DNA from: Amoebophrya sp. A120
Taxonomy: Eukaryota; Protista; Dinoflagellata
Direction of reading: 5' to 3'
NCBI GenBank assembly: GCA_905178155.1
Contig: CAJINV010000001.1
Coordinates: 3,611,706-3,675,705 of the forward strand
Length of the DNA stretch: 64,000 bases
Shown one piece after another: positions 1 through 11,081 of the stretch; the first letter of the stretch is position 1; each line of letters starts with the position of its first letter. The notes below the pieces were generated by a model that saw only the letters and a list, made by a program, of their open reading frames with translations, had not been told where the DNA came from and did no database searches. The translations under genes were made by a program, and so were the position numbers.

Positions 1-520
1 AGAAACCGGGAAAAGAGAAACCGGGAAAAGAGAAACCGAGAAAAGAGAAACCGAGAAAAGAGAAGCCGGAAAAAGACAAACCGGAAAAAGAGCAACCGAG
101 ACCCCCGGTTCTCGGTTTCCGATTCTCGGTTCTCGGTTTCCGATTCTCGGTTCTCGGTTTCCGATTCTCGGTTTCCGATTCTCGGTTTCCGATTCTCGGT
201 TCTCGGTTTCCGATTCTCGGTTGTTTCAGGTTCTCGGTTCTCGGTTTCCAATTCTCGGCTCTCGGTTTCCGATTCTCGGTTTCCGGTTTCCGATTCTCGG
301 TTTCCGATTCTCCGTTTCAGGTTCTCGGTTCTCGGTTTCCAATTCTCGGTTCTCGGTTTGCGATTCTCGGTTCTCGGTTTCCGATTCTCGGTTTCCGATT
401 CTCGGTTCTCGGTTTCCGATTCTCGGTTTCCGATTCTCGGTTCTCGGTTTCCGATTCTCGGTTTCCGATTCTCGGTTTGCGATTCTCGGTTTTTTACGCC
501 CTGGCCAAAGCTTAACTTGA
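1..520. mobile_element. Foldback-like element 1 (left end outside window) with oppositely oriented satellite arms
   Basis: 1-~100 is a 15-bp unit (AGAAACCGRGAAAAG). ~108-490 is the roughly reverse-complementary TTCTCGG/TTTCCGA array. It ends in CCCTGGCCAAAGCTTAACTTGA followed by TA; the same terminus recurs at 2800. Confidence 0.65.
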
Positions 521-551
521 TATATCAAATCACAACTTGAACTTCTTTGAG

Positions 552-823
552 GTCGTCCCGCCGATACAACTGACTCCGACGAGGATTGGGGCGATGCTGG
601 AAACGGTGGCTGGATGACTGCGCTTGACCACGATATGGATGTGCCCGAGAGTCAGGTCTTCACCGGCAGGGCCAACATCGCACAGGATTGGCACGACGAG
701 GATTCCGCGAGCCAGACCGGCGGCGACTTGTCGGACTTTCTCGGGTCGCAAATGGCAAGTGGGATCGGCGGCATGAGCATGGGCGCGCCGCAGAAAGGCA
801 CGGGCAAGAAGGGAAAGAGGTGA
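552..823 (+). CDS. Terminal exon or gene fragment, acidic/Gly-rich with basic tail (...GAPQKGTGKKGKR*)
   Basis: GC-rich frame open from AG|GT at 551/552 (RPADTTDSDEDWGDAGNGGWMTALD...) to TGA at 823. No upstream exon is visible because the foldback element lies there. Confidence 0.4.
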
Positions 824-980
824 AGTCACCGACTGAAGATCATGTAAGTACTTGTTTTCGCTGTACAATATGAATACAATAGACTACTTGTAAAAATGAA
901 ATGCTCGTCTCATCTCAGTCGTCCCACGACCACGAGTGAGCAAGCAATATACGAAATTTCACTTTTCCATTGATTACAAA

Positions 981-1059
981 CGGAGGCCGCGGTCGTGATC
1001 TACCCGGTACTTCTGACGATCGGAGGCTGCGGTTGTGATCTACCCGGTACTTCTGACGA
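981..1059. repeat. 40-bp tandem duplication
   Basis: CGGAGGCYGCGGTYGTGATCTACCCGGTACTTCTGACGA at 981-1019 and 1021-1059. Confidence 0.9.
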
Positions 1060-1370
1060 ACTTGTTCTTTTATTCGATCATCGACATTACACCGTAACTC
1101 GCTTCACTTGTTCGCACCTACCGCGGTCGACAAGCGTGAATCTCCAAGAATGTTTCCGAAAAAAGCGAAAGAGACGCGGGCGAAGTAGAGCCCCACAGGT
1201 GGTACTGTGTGGGCACTTGAGTCTGCTTCTAAGTGTTGGCGTTATTTCAACTGGATGTGAATTCATGTATCTAAAGTCAAAACCGTTATCCTGTATGTAT
1301 AAAACCAAGTGCTGAATGAAGCGCACTATTTGTACTTACGTATTTGTTGCCTGACTATCCCACCAAAAGC

Positions 1371-1439
1371 AATCCACCTATAGTATGCAGCACTGCAACT
1401 GCCTCATGTTGGGTCGTATCAACGTTCGTTGTTCGTGAA
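1371..1439 (+). repeat. 87-bp unit, copy A (3'-truncated)
   Basis: AATCCACCTATAGTATGCAGCACTGCAACTGCCTCATGTTGGGTCGTATCAACGTTCGTTGTTCGTGAA; also seen at 2801, 4680 and 6526. Confidence 0.95.
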
Positions 1440-1633
1440 ACGCGCCGCTGCCGCACCAGCCGCCGCCTGGTCTGGGGTTGGAAGTCGAAATGGTGTTGCG
1501 ACTCGGTGGACCTGTTCCTCGAATTTATGCAGTGCCAATATGTCTGGGTCTGGATCTGGAAAGATACAAGCTTGTCATGCTGTCTTCGGATTCTAAAAAA
1601 ATCTGTATTCAATGCGGAGCAAAACTGAGTAGN

Positions 1634-2800
1634 ACCGAGAAAGAGAATTGTGGGCCGAGGCCCGGAACTTTGCACCAAGAAAGAGAATTGTGAACCGAGA
1701 CCGAGGCGAGACTAGTGCGACCGGGGGCGCGAACGCTTTCTCTTTGATGCTCTTCCCCGCGCGCTGGGGGGGGGCCGCGCTGCCTTCCCCATCGACCTAC
1801 CCGCCGGCGTTTTCGCACTTGAGTGGCGCCGGCGTTTCTTTGCTGGTGTTTTCCCTCTTGAATCGTTGGGGGTGCTTTTTGTTTTCTCGTCGGAGGCTTT
1901 TTCCACGTGCCTCGCGCGGAATTATCTCTGCGCGCGCCCACAGGGCGACGCTGTCGCGCGGTGTTCCTTTGCTCCCCACGCCCCGTGTTCTCTGGTCGGT
2001 GCGGCCGGGGGACCCTACCACTTACGCAACCACAGCCGGCGCAAGCGTCTGCGCATCGGCATTTTCGCACTTGAATGGCGCCGGTGTTTCTTGGCCTTTG
2101 TTTTCGCACTTGAATCTTGGGGGTGTTTCCGTTCTATTGTCTTCAGCGCTGGGTGTGGGCCTTGCCTACTATCAAGCAGGCGCGTTGCCTGCTGCGGCTG
2201 GTTTCACCATCGGCAGAACCACGGCCGCCGCGGGCCGTGGCGCTGACGTTTTCGCACTTGAATGGCGCCGGTGTTTCTTGGCCTTTGTTTTCGCACTTGA
2301 ATGCCCTCGGTTTTTTTTGTTTCCTCACCGCTTCGGCCTGTTCGATCGCCGTCACTCCTACTTTTCTCAGAACCAGTCTGCGCTCGGAAAGGCAGTCGCG
2401 CAAGTGATTTCCAACAGAAAATCGCTTGCATTTTTGCCGTTGAATGGCGCCGGTGTTTTTGGTGTTTTTCTTTCACAACACACCAAAAAAAATTTTTCGG
2501 CCCTGCGGGGCTATCTTTTTTTTGCGGTGTGATTTTCCTCCTGAATGAGAAACGCGCACTCTACGGCGACCCATTCTCGGCTTCGGGTTTTCAGTTCTCG
2601 GTTTTCAATTCTCGGTTCTCGGTTTTCAATTCTCGGTTCTCGGTTCTTGGTTTTCAATTCTCGGTTTCGGGTTTTCAGTTCTCGGTTCTCGGTTTTCAAT
2701 TCTCGGTTCTCGGTTTTCAATTCTCGGCTCTCGGTTCTCGGTTCTCGGTTTTGCGTTGCTCCATTCGGCTCATTTTTACCCTGGCCATGGCTTAACTTGA
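1634..2800. mobile_element. Foldback-like element 2 (left end lost at the N at 1633)
   Basis: Left ACCGAGAAAGAGAATTG units are inverted relative to the right CAATTCTCGGTTCTCGGT array (~2575-2750). An exact internal 54-bp repeat lies at 2062-2115 and 2249-2302. It ends in CCCTGGCCATGGCTTAACTTGA followed by TA. No transposase ORF recognised. Confidence 0.65.
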
Positions 2801-2877
2801 TAGTATGCAGCACTGCAACTGCCTCATGTTGGGTCGTATCAACGTTCGTTGTTCGTGAATCTTGAAAATCATTGGAA
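2801..2877 (+). repeat. 87-bp unit, copy B (5' 10 bp missing, abuts foldback terminus)
   Basis: TAGTATGCAG...TCTTGAAAATCATTGGAA, identical to the other copies except for one mismatch with copy D. Confidence 0.95.
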
Positions 2878-3058
2878 CGAAAAAAATCTGTCCTGTTAAC
2901 GCTAGCAATAGTGCTGGCTTTTGTTGTACTTGTAGATTAAGTCTTCGTTACTCAAGATAAGTCCTCGTGTCCGTCCGTCTTGCTTCTACCGTCTTCTGCG
3001 CGTGCGGACTAACGCTTAATCGTTGCCTGGCGTTTTGGATCCGTCCCGGCCCTGAACC

Positions 3059-4747
3059 ATGGCACCCCAACTCGAAGTTCCGTCGTCCGCCTTTTTTCCG
3101 GGACAGCAACAGATTCCACCGATTAACGATAAGAGCGACGGTGATAACACCGAGGACGAGGACATGGAACAAACGCCCGCGAAGCAATTGTCGGCCGGTA
3201 TTGCGCCGCAGGTGGGGATGCGAATGGTCGGAACGATTGTGCGGGAGATCTACCACAAGGTTAAGGACAAGGATGGCAACGTGATCCGGGTCGGGGACAG
3301 CAAGGGTTACGGATTCATTCGCCCGCATAAGCAACTCAGCCTGGAGAACTTCCTCGGGCACAAAACAGGGGGTCGCTTCACCAACTTTGTCAGTGTGTCG
3401 CCGGATTTTATTGCGGAACTGTCGGAGTTGTCCAAGGAGTTCAAATCCAAGAATGACCTGTTTGTGCACAAGCGGTCCGTCGTTGAGGGCGACTGGGGTG
3501 TGGGCTGTGTGGCCGAATTCACTGTTGCACCGGGCCGGGAGGAGGGCAAGCTTGAGGCGCGCATGGTGCAAATCCTGGCTGTGGATCCCCGCTGCCCGAC
3601 TCTGGACGCGCTAGCGAAGAAGGTTCAGTGGCTCGAGGGGCAGTTAAAGTTGTCCAATAAAAAATCCAACGACGCGGTGGCGACCGCTGAAGCCGCAAAG
3701 GTGACCTCGGCGCAGGCAGCGGCCAAAGTGCAGCAGGTCGAAACCTCCACCAACCAGCGCCTGGGCACGCTCGAAGCCGGGTTACAGGAGTCCGCGCAGG
3801 TGGCGCGTGACACGAAGAGAGACGTGGAGGCGGTGAAAAAGGAGGTTGTTACCCAGCAAGCGACCCTTGCGGAGATCCTGTTGCATGTCAAGCAGAACTC
3901 CGCTGCATCGGCCCAGCCGGCGAAGCGCAATGAGGATGAGGAAGAGGGTATCGCTATTGCTCCTTCGTGCGAACAGTCTTCATCTTCGTGTTCATCTTCT
4001 TCGTCATCTTCATCTTCTTCATCACAGCACTGCCTCAACAACATAAATTTCCACATCTCATCATCACAGGTCATTCCGGCGATGACAAGAGACGCAAGAT
4101 GGCCGGCGCTGGAGCTGCTGAGCCGACAAACCTACAGCAGCCGTGCTGATAAGCAGGTTGCGGCACCACGTCGGCTTTTTGTTGGTGTTGCAGCCGGAGA
4201 TGAGGAGTTTGATGAGAATCTTGATGTGAAGAACAATTTTGAAAACGAGGACTTTGTACAAGAGCAACCTGATGACAAAGAATCGTCGTGCTTGTCTCGC
4301 CGACTGTCGGAATTGTCGGTAGCAGTCCAGTCAGATTTTGTTGAGAGCCCGCAAAACGAAAACCATTCTTCGAACGACAATCCTTCCATCTGTAAAACGA
4401 ACGATCTGAACCAGCATGCAACTGCTGCATGTGATGAAAGGGCCTCGGCAGCAGGTCCGTCGCACACCAGGCAGTTGGTGTCTCATGCGTTCAACGCTCT
4501 GTGTTCCTTTGGTCGTCGTGACTCTGTTGTCGCAGGGTCGGACACCTCTCCAAAAACACCTGATCGACGATGGCCCGAGAAGACTGCCGTCCCCGCAGTT
4601 AACGAGGCACAGTACGACCCCTTTGTGACGCCGCCCCCGCGCACAAGGACTATTTGGGACCCAGGCATCAGAACAGCCGAATCCACCTATAGTATGCAGC
4701 ACTGCAACTGCCTCATGTTGGGTCGTATCAACGTTCGTTGTTCGTGA
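3059..4747 (+). CDS. Cold-shock-domain protein with coiled coil and low-complexity tail
   Basis: RNP1 KGYGFI and RNP2 DLFVH, followed by EFTVAPGREEGKLEARMV. An unusually long insert (~45 aa) separates RNP1 and RNP2. A heptad-like region follows. Intronless; the stop codon lies inside repeat copy C. Confidence 0.75.
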   Translation: MAPQLEVPSSAFFPGQQQIPPINDKSDGDNTEDEDMEQTPAKQLSAGIAPQVGMRMVGTIVREIYHKVKDKDGNVIRVGDSKGYGFIRPHKQLSLENFLGHKTGGRFTNFVSVSPDFIAELSELSKEFKSKNDLFVHKRSVVEGDWGVGCVAEFTVAPGREEGKLEARMVQILAVDPRCPTLDALAKKVQWLEGQLKLSNKKSNDAVATAEAAKVTSAQAAAKVQQVETSTNQRLGTLEAGLQESAQVARDTKRDVEAVKKEVVTQQATLAEILLHVKQNSAASAQPAKRNEDEEEGIAIAPSCEQSSSSCSSSSSSSSSSSQHCLNNINFHISSSQVIPAMTRDARWPALELLSRQTYSSRADKQVAAPRRLFVGVAAGDEEFDENLDVKNNFENEDFVQEQPDDKESSCLSRRLSELSVAVQSDFVESPQNENHSSNDNPSICKTNDLNQHATAACDERASAAGPSHTRQLVSHAFNALCSFGRRDSVVAGSDTSPKTPDRRWPEKTAVPAVNEAQYDPFVTPPPRTRTIWDPGIRTAESTYSMQHCNCLMLGRINVRCS

Positions 4748-4756
4748 ATCTTGAAA
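4680..4756 (+). repeat. 87-bp unit, copy C (3'-truncated, followed by re-copied AACGTTCGTTGTTCG fragments)
   Basis: AATCCACCTA...TCTTGAAA; extra 15-mer copies at ~4755 and ~4775. Confidence 0.95.
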
Positions 4757-6525
4757 CGTTCGTTGTTCGTGTTCAACGTTCGTTGTTCGCACCAAGTACC
4801 TCAGTCAGCCGAGAATCAAACAGCTAAGCTATCGACTATATCTGATAAAAAAGCCCAGCAGTGTGCCGCAATTTCTCAATTTCTACAAAGAGGTAGGAGA
4901 CATCTACCCGGGCGTACTACCAAGTGGTGTGCGATCCGCCATACAGTGCCACCCGGTGACCGAAAAACAAGAAGCAACACCATACGAACCGGAAAAACTC
5001 CGCTCAGCGGTGAGCGCTGCGCTCATCGAGAAGCTCGCGCCTTGGGTGCGAGAAGTGTAGAAAAACCGATGGTAGGATGGAAAACGGGTGTTGAGGTGAT
5101 GAAAGGCCTCAAACTGGCTACAGACCGTGACAAGAAAAGGAGTCCTTGCACAGAGAGAGCACAACGCCGAAACCTGCACCGAAAACCACCGAAATCCAGA
5201 AGGCTGTGCTACCGCGCTGGAAGTCTAGTGTGGAGGTGAAGGGCGAATGCGAGCGGGCAAAGCATCCAAGGGCGAGGGGTGTTAGGGCGGGCGGACCGGA
5301 ACCTTTCCCGAGGCGCAGCGCACGCAAGCACCAGCTCAACACTAACATGCGAAAACCGACGGACGGCGGCCGAGCTGGAGGAGAAGTAGGTGGAAAAGGA
5401 GCAAGTGCAGCGATGCGAAAATAAAAATATTTTAGTCTAGCGGTCTCATCCTCACTACAAATAAAAAAACGTCACTCCCTCAGGAGCGAAGTTGCCGACA
5501 CGGAAAAAGCTAACATGATAAAGTGCCTGAAAATACACCTTGTGGCAGGCGGAACAGCAACACCGAGACAGAAGGAAGATACGATAGCAACTAGAACAAC
5601 TAGAGAGAGAGGGCGCGGGGAGTGTTCTGTACTGGTGACATCTTCTCATCTTCATCCCGCACGCGCGGCCGGGCCCTTGGCCATACATCCCCATCTGCGG
5701 GCACCTTGGGCGCAAGAACGATCACAACAGGTCACGCCCGCGTCTAGGTCAAGAAAACCAACCGAAGCGAAAGGCAAACGAGATGAGGAAAGATATTTAT
5801 CTGGACCCCAAGCTGCTGAGATGTCGATAGATCCTGATATTGATTTTCTCAGATAGAGACTCCTGATGTATCCCCATCTTTTCTCGATTCAAGGTGCAAA
5901 TCCATACATATTAGAATTCCCCGCGAACCAGTGCAGCCGCTCAGTGGAAGAATCTCAGATTTTTGAAGGCGCAGCTAAAGTTCGCGTCTTGCATTCGTAG
6001 ACGCGGACTTTGTAGAACCAGACGAAGATCCGGCCAGAACCACCCGAGAGAGGGTGGTAGCATGGCAAATATGTTACCACCTTGAAGAGCCTGATCGAGA
6101 CAAAAACGGGAGGTGAGCTCTGCCGCAAGCTGCTCCAGGGCGGAGGCAGCGCAAAGTCTACAGAGTTAAGGGACAAGCACCTAGCATATATGGTGCCCGA
6201 TATGACCCTAAACTCGCCCAAGCCCCGGACCGTCCCAGAGTAGACAGCCGCACCACAGAGGGTAAGCTTGTGAGCAGACGGAGCGCACCCGGCCGCGGCT
6301 CGAAGAGAAGAAGCTGCAACAGTGTACCTCAGTGCCCGCAACTCGAAGAGTGGTAGTTGCATCATGGCGCGTCTGGTACAAGGAACAGGAGTGAATGCTG
6401 GCCGAGTAGGTGTTTCTCCTGAGAGCGGTGCCTCCCTGCTCGTTTCCTCCGGGTGGTCTGCGACATCATGTTCCACTTGATAGCACTATGTATAGCTAAA
6501 AACAGGTGTGAAGGATCCTCCTCCT
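4757..6525 (+). mobile_element. Decayed 1.77-kb insert flanked by a 46-bp direct repeat; possible non-LTR retroelement remnant
   Basis: Duplication at 4711-4756 and 6526-6571, (TCC)n at the 3' end, and broken coding-like frames. Only weak resemblance to a restriction-like endonuclease (HGKYV...VPDMTL...AAARREE). Confidence 0.4.
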
Positions 6526-6581
6526 CCTCATGTTGGGTCGTATCAACGTTCGTGGTTCGTGAATCTTGAAAATCATTGGAA
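6526..6581 (+). repeat. 87-bp unit, copy D (5'-truncated, 1 mismatch)
   Basis: CCTCATGTTGGGTCGTATCAACGTTCGTGGTTCGTGAATCTTGAAAATCATTGGAA. Confidence 0.95.
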
Positions 6582-6907
6582 TTCGAAATGCAAAGAGAGC
6601 TAGAGCTTAGAAGAGATAATTGCTGGAGCGAAATTGTTGTGACAGAGAGATTTCGCAACGACCCGTGGGGAGCACAGAGTGATTCTTGAGTGAGTTAGAG
6701 CGGTGAGGAGCGATTGTAGATGACGGCTCAGTGTGGTAATTTCGTAAAACACGCTCGTAATTCATTGGGTCTGGGCGGACCTTATCAATCGTAATTCATC
6801 GGAGAAGGGGAATTTGAAAGTCGCTGTCGTATTAGTCGTATAAAAATCTTTCAGCTTCGTCGCAGGAAATCAAGTTCCCAACATCAACAGAAAATCATGA
6901 ATGAAAT

Positions 6908-9643
6908 ATGGTCTCTCCTAGTCCTAGCACGGGATTTTTTTCGTATTGCACAGTAGGTCCACTTTGAGATCAGTAAGGAGAGCCGGCATTACGTGTCGTG
7001 GGCCAAGAAGTATACGTAATTCATTGTGTCCCGGTAACAAAGTATGTCCGCGTGGCAGTGGTTGCCGTCGTCAGCACGGTGGCTTGGGACCGGTTGAACG
7101 ACCGTTCTGCTTGTCCTCAGTTCAGATCCGAGACACAGCAGGGACAGTAGTGCGAGAGCGCGAATCGCCAACAGCAACGCTCCGTCCCCTTCAGACTGCT
7201 GCGAGTGGGGTCAAGAAGCGCGAGCTCGACGCGTTTGAGGAAACAGTGTTAGAAGATACCCTTTCCAGTATATTTACCGCTTACCTCAAAGAACTCTGCC
7301 CAAGATGTTGGAGTTCAAGCCACGCACGCACTCCGATCCGGACTTGCCGCAGCTTCTGCCGCTGCCGGTCCGGCCCCACTCGTCCTACCAGGCAAAGCTG
7401 CAGTTCAAAGATCAAGCCCAGTTCGAAGAAAAGGTGGTGCATGCTATGTCCCAGAAGCTTGGAATCGACCTAATCAAGGTATGGACATTTTGATGTTTCC
7501 GTATGGTGAAAGCGTACCGCCACAGGATTTCTCTATGCAAAGTGAAATAGTTTGTTTTTGTTAGCTCCTCGCCCGAAGTTAACGAAATCGAAAATGAAAT
7601 TCCACTGTATCTATCAATATCAAATAACAGGACAACGAGTTACGATGGGTGGTTCGCGATTGCCTGCTCGGGTTGAAAGACGAGGGATGGACGTGCCAAC
7701 TGAAGGGAATGAACGACCTCGCATACCTCCACACGGCCACCGAAGAGTCCCGCTCCTTTCATCCCGTCGTCGAGATGCATCGACAACTCGGCGAACGATT
7801 AATACTGCACAAAACCCACCTGGGCGGGAAGAAAACGGACAGGTTTTACAGAATACAGCAGGCCGTGTACGAGGCAATAATGGGAGAAAGGGACGTGCGA
7901 GGGGTACAACCAAGAAACTTTTTTTTGACTCTACTAACTCCGTGCGGATAATGCGACGAAATCGAACTCTCATGTCATGCAGCGACCGGTAGCACTGGTA
8001 TAAAATAAAAACTAAAAAATGAAAACACGCAGGTAACAAATCCGAATTTGATGGAGGACGTAATTCAGTGCTTGGGAATAGACGTGCAGGATGAGCCGTA
8101 CCTGATCCGGCGCGTGAAAAACGCAATCGAAGATTCCTACTTTCGCATGAAGCACGAAGGCGCACGGTTCATTACGGTGGAAAACGTCATAAACGTCCAA
8201 ACGCTAATCGTGCACCTCGAGTTAGATCGGGTCAAGTTTCTCAGAAAAATATCGCCCTCGGGTCTACTCTACTGCATCGAATGCGAAACAGCACTGGCCG
8301 ACGTATTGAACACGCTTTTTTCTGCTTTATCGACGCGTTTACATTTTCTAAATTCACAATATAAGGAGGGTGATCATGATTCAGTTGATTCGGAAAAATA
8401 GAGGCGAATAGTGACGACCCACAAGAAGCATCTGCATCTTCTTTGTCAGAGATAGTTTTCTTGACACGGCTTTTCCGGCTTCAATGGAAAACAGGTAGCG
8501 TGCGCCGCGTGCCACGACGTCTTCTGCAATAACTGTATGGTCGCCACGCATAGTACCGGGCACCGAATGGACCATCCAGCAGTTTTCATCGAGCAGTGCG
8601 TTTGCAGCGAGTGCGAACAGCGGGCAGCATTAGTCAGGTGTCAGGACTGCGTAGACCTGTTCTGCTACGACTGCTTCAAAAATACACACCGGTACGGAAA
8701 GCGCGGAAAGCACTGCGTCAGAATACCCTACACAACTTTCTGCTACGAGTGCGACGAAAAAGAAGCACAGTACTTGTTTTCAAATTTTTGCTGATATTCA
8801 AATGCTCTTGCTCATCAAGCGAGCATACGTACATCATTTCCGTTTTCATTCTTGGCGTGATGGTGTTGGTGGTCAGTTTCTTTCGTTGTTTTCCCACGGA
8901 CGAAACACAACTACGACGGAATAAATAGGTACATCTGCATGGAGTGCGAAGACATGCTGTGCTTGTCGTGCAACACGAAGATGCACAGCAAGGGTGCCCG
9001 ACAGAACCATTCCCTCTACGGCTTGCGAAAAGCGGCGTACTCAAAGAAGTTGTTTGCGAACAATCTTGACCGCGTGATGATGATCGTGCAGAAAGACAGG
9101 GATATGGCGTTACCACTCAGCCCATGGTTTATCTTCTACGACGAGGCAAAAGCGCCATACTGGTATACAATGCGTTTTCAGTAGTTGGAAGTGCAGTTGC
9201 TTGTTTTTGTTCAACGAAGTCCACCTCCTGTATTGCATTTGCAAATCGAGATCCGTGTCTATATCTTGAATACCACGGTTGCTGCAGCTGTGATGGGTCA
9301 TATGTTGCGATCAGTTTCAGCCATCACCAAATTATAACGCAGGTACAATTTTCAAACGAGAGAGCGGGTTCGCGCAAACCCGTCAAACCTGGTGGACCCA
9401 CCGGAGAAGGCGGATCCGGCCGCGGCCTCGGCAGACCAGCAGGCCGACATGAAGCTCCCCGGCGCGACCGACTTGCTCTCGACGCACTCGGCGATCAAGG
9501 CGTCCGAGGGCGCCATCTTCGACGTGCCACCGCCCCTGCACATCAAGTTCGCGTCGCCCTCCGTGGTGCAGCCGACGAAATTTCAGAACACGGCTGTCGA
9601 AGAATTCAAGGGCGAGATCCAGAGGAGCATGGGTGGGCTGTAG
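6908..9643 (+). CDS. Multi-B-box zinc-finger protein with a WW-like motif (spliced)
   Basis: In-frame GT-AG introns at 7016-7252, 7479-7630, 7904-8032, 8303-8494, 8770-8928 and 9163-9342. Three CxxC-x7-CxxC-x4-CxxC-x3-H-x7-H units, then WFIFYDEAKAPYWYNFQTRE. The start is tentative (assumes an intron at 6911-6956). Confidence 0.8.
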
Positions 9644-11081
9644 AAGTGGTCGTGCTTGTTTTTGTAGAAGAAGTGGGTGTTGATATTTCTTTTCTCAGGA
9701 AAACGAGGCGGCGCTTCTCTCGATCCCGTTTCTCCTCTACAGTGAGGTGATCGAAATACAGATCATGAGAGCAGAAGCTGAACCCGAGAAACAGGAAAAC
9801 AAAGACCTGACCTGTCTACAGGAGCGACTTAGTAGTAGATTTCATGCGATAATATGCTTATGTTTCCAATTTTATGCTTATGTTTCCATTTCAACTAACA
9901 GATTTCAACGAACAGAGTTTTGATTATAGCCTAGAATTCGCAATAGTCGGCCGAGGTAGCGCTCGGTTCTTGCCAGTGAGAAGTTTAGATATCAAACGCC
10001 GGAGCAAAAACGATATTCAGCAGAGCAAATATAGCGATTATAACAGAGGAGCCCCAGCAGATGAGTCAGAGTTTTGTTGCGGGTAAACGCCAAGAACCCA
10101 TAGGTAGATAGAATGAGCAATGGTTAATCTTTCCGTGTGATTTGCCGCAGAACTGTACGATTTGCTAAACGAAACGGAAAATCACGAAAATGCTAGCTAT
10201 GTCACAACATGTTTGCAGCACCGAAACCCGCTGCAGATATGATGTCTTACACCCGAGCACAAGAAAATGCCGCCTCACTGCAGATAGCCTTTTCAGTGAG
10301 AAGCTACCATGGGGCAGGGGAGGTCATTATGAGCTTTGTTGTTGTAAATTATGAGAGAATGATCGAGATGACAATGTCAAATATGAATTCAATCCCCGTT
10401 TTATTGAACCGAAAATATTAACTTGCGCGCCCTGTATAGTACCACTAGACTAAGTTCCACGCCCGCTGCTGCGTAGCCGGAGGAAGTCCTGCGGGTCGTA
10501 AGGTAGTGACGTCTTTTGCGGACGTGAGACAATGCTGGGTTGCCGTGCCTTTCGCGCCTAGTAGCTCTCCTCCAACTACAGTCGATAAAGCGCCTGGTGT
10601 TCTACTTTTGGAACGACGCCGTGCGGTGCGTTTGGTTTGGATTTGAGACTTTGAGCGTGTAGTCACATTTGAGACGCGATGAAGACGATCTGGCCTGAAC
10701 AAGGCATTGTGCGAGGAGCGTTTATTTGACGACATTTAGCAAAACAGCTTCGACGTCGTGTTCGTGCAGAGCAGGTTCTACTGCCGCGTTTCGAATCTGC
10801 GTGCTCTCGTTCGTTTTCGCGTCGCTCCCGGACGTCGACGTTTAGGATCGTGGTCGGAAATAAGCTTATTCGCCTTCGATCCCATGTGATCTGGAGTCAA
10901 TATCAGTTATAGAAGCGCGAACTTCCTTGAGTGGACAAATAGAAATATTCAGATATCACCAGCAACAAGTCGGAGACGAAGGAGCTTGTTGTCAATACTG
11001 CAAAGCTCAATGCTGCGGGCGTATGTTTTGATGTAAAAAAGATAACCTTCGCAGCGAAACAGACAGAGACACAAACAGAGA

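Noticed and set aside
1-490. Telomere repeat
   Set aside because: Not TTTAGGG/TTAGGG-like, occurs in both orientations and recurs internally at ~2575-2750.
1540-1554. 15-nt match ATGTCTGGGTCTGGA to the TIR of the 28120 element
   Set aside because: About one such match is expected by chance in 64 kb, and it does not extend.
2755-2772. Relict dinoflagellate spliced leader (also GGCTCAAG at ~16900 and ~26339)
   Set aside because: Matches are too short or gapped to exceed chance.
221-2865. ORFs such as 221-520, 226-528, 1648-2532 and 2511-2813
   Set aside because: Translations of satellite or internal repeats, with no protein-like content.
1371-6581. 87-bp unit as CRISPR repeat, spliced-leader RNA or U6 snRNA
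   Set aside because: Spacing is kilobases and irregular, and there are no cas genes. No CCGTAGCCATTTTGGCTCAAG is present. The U6-like match (ATTGGAACGA) is only 10 nt.
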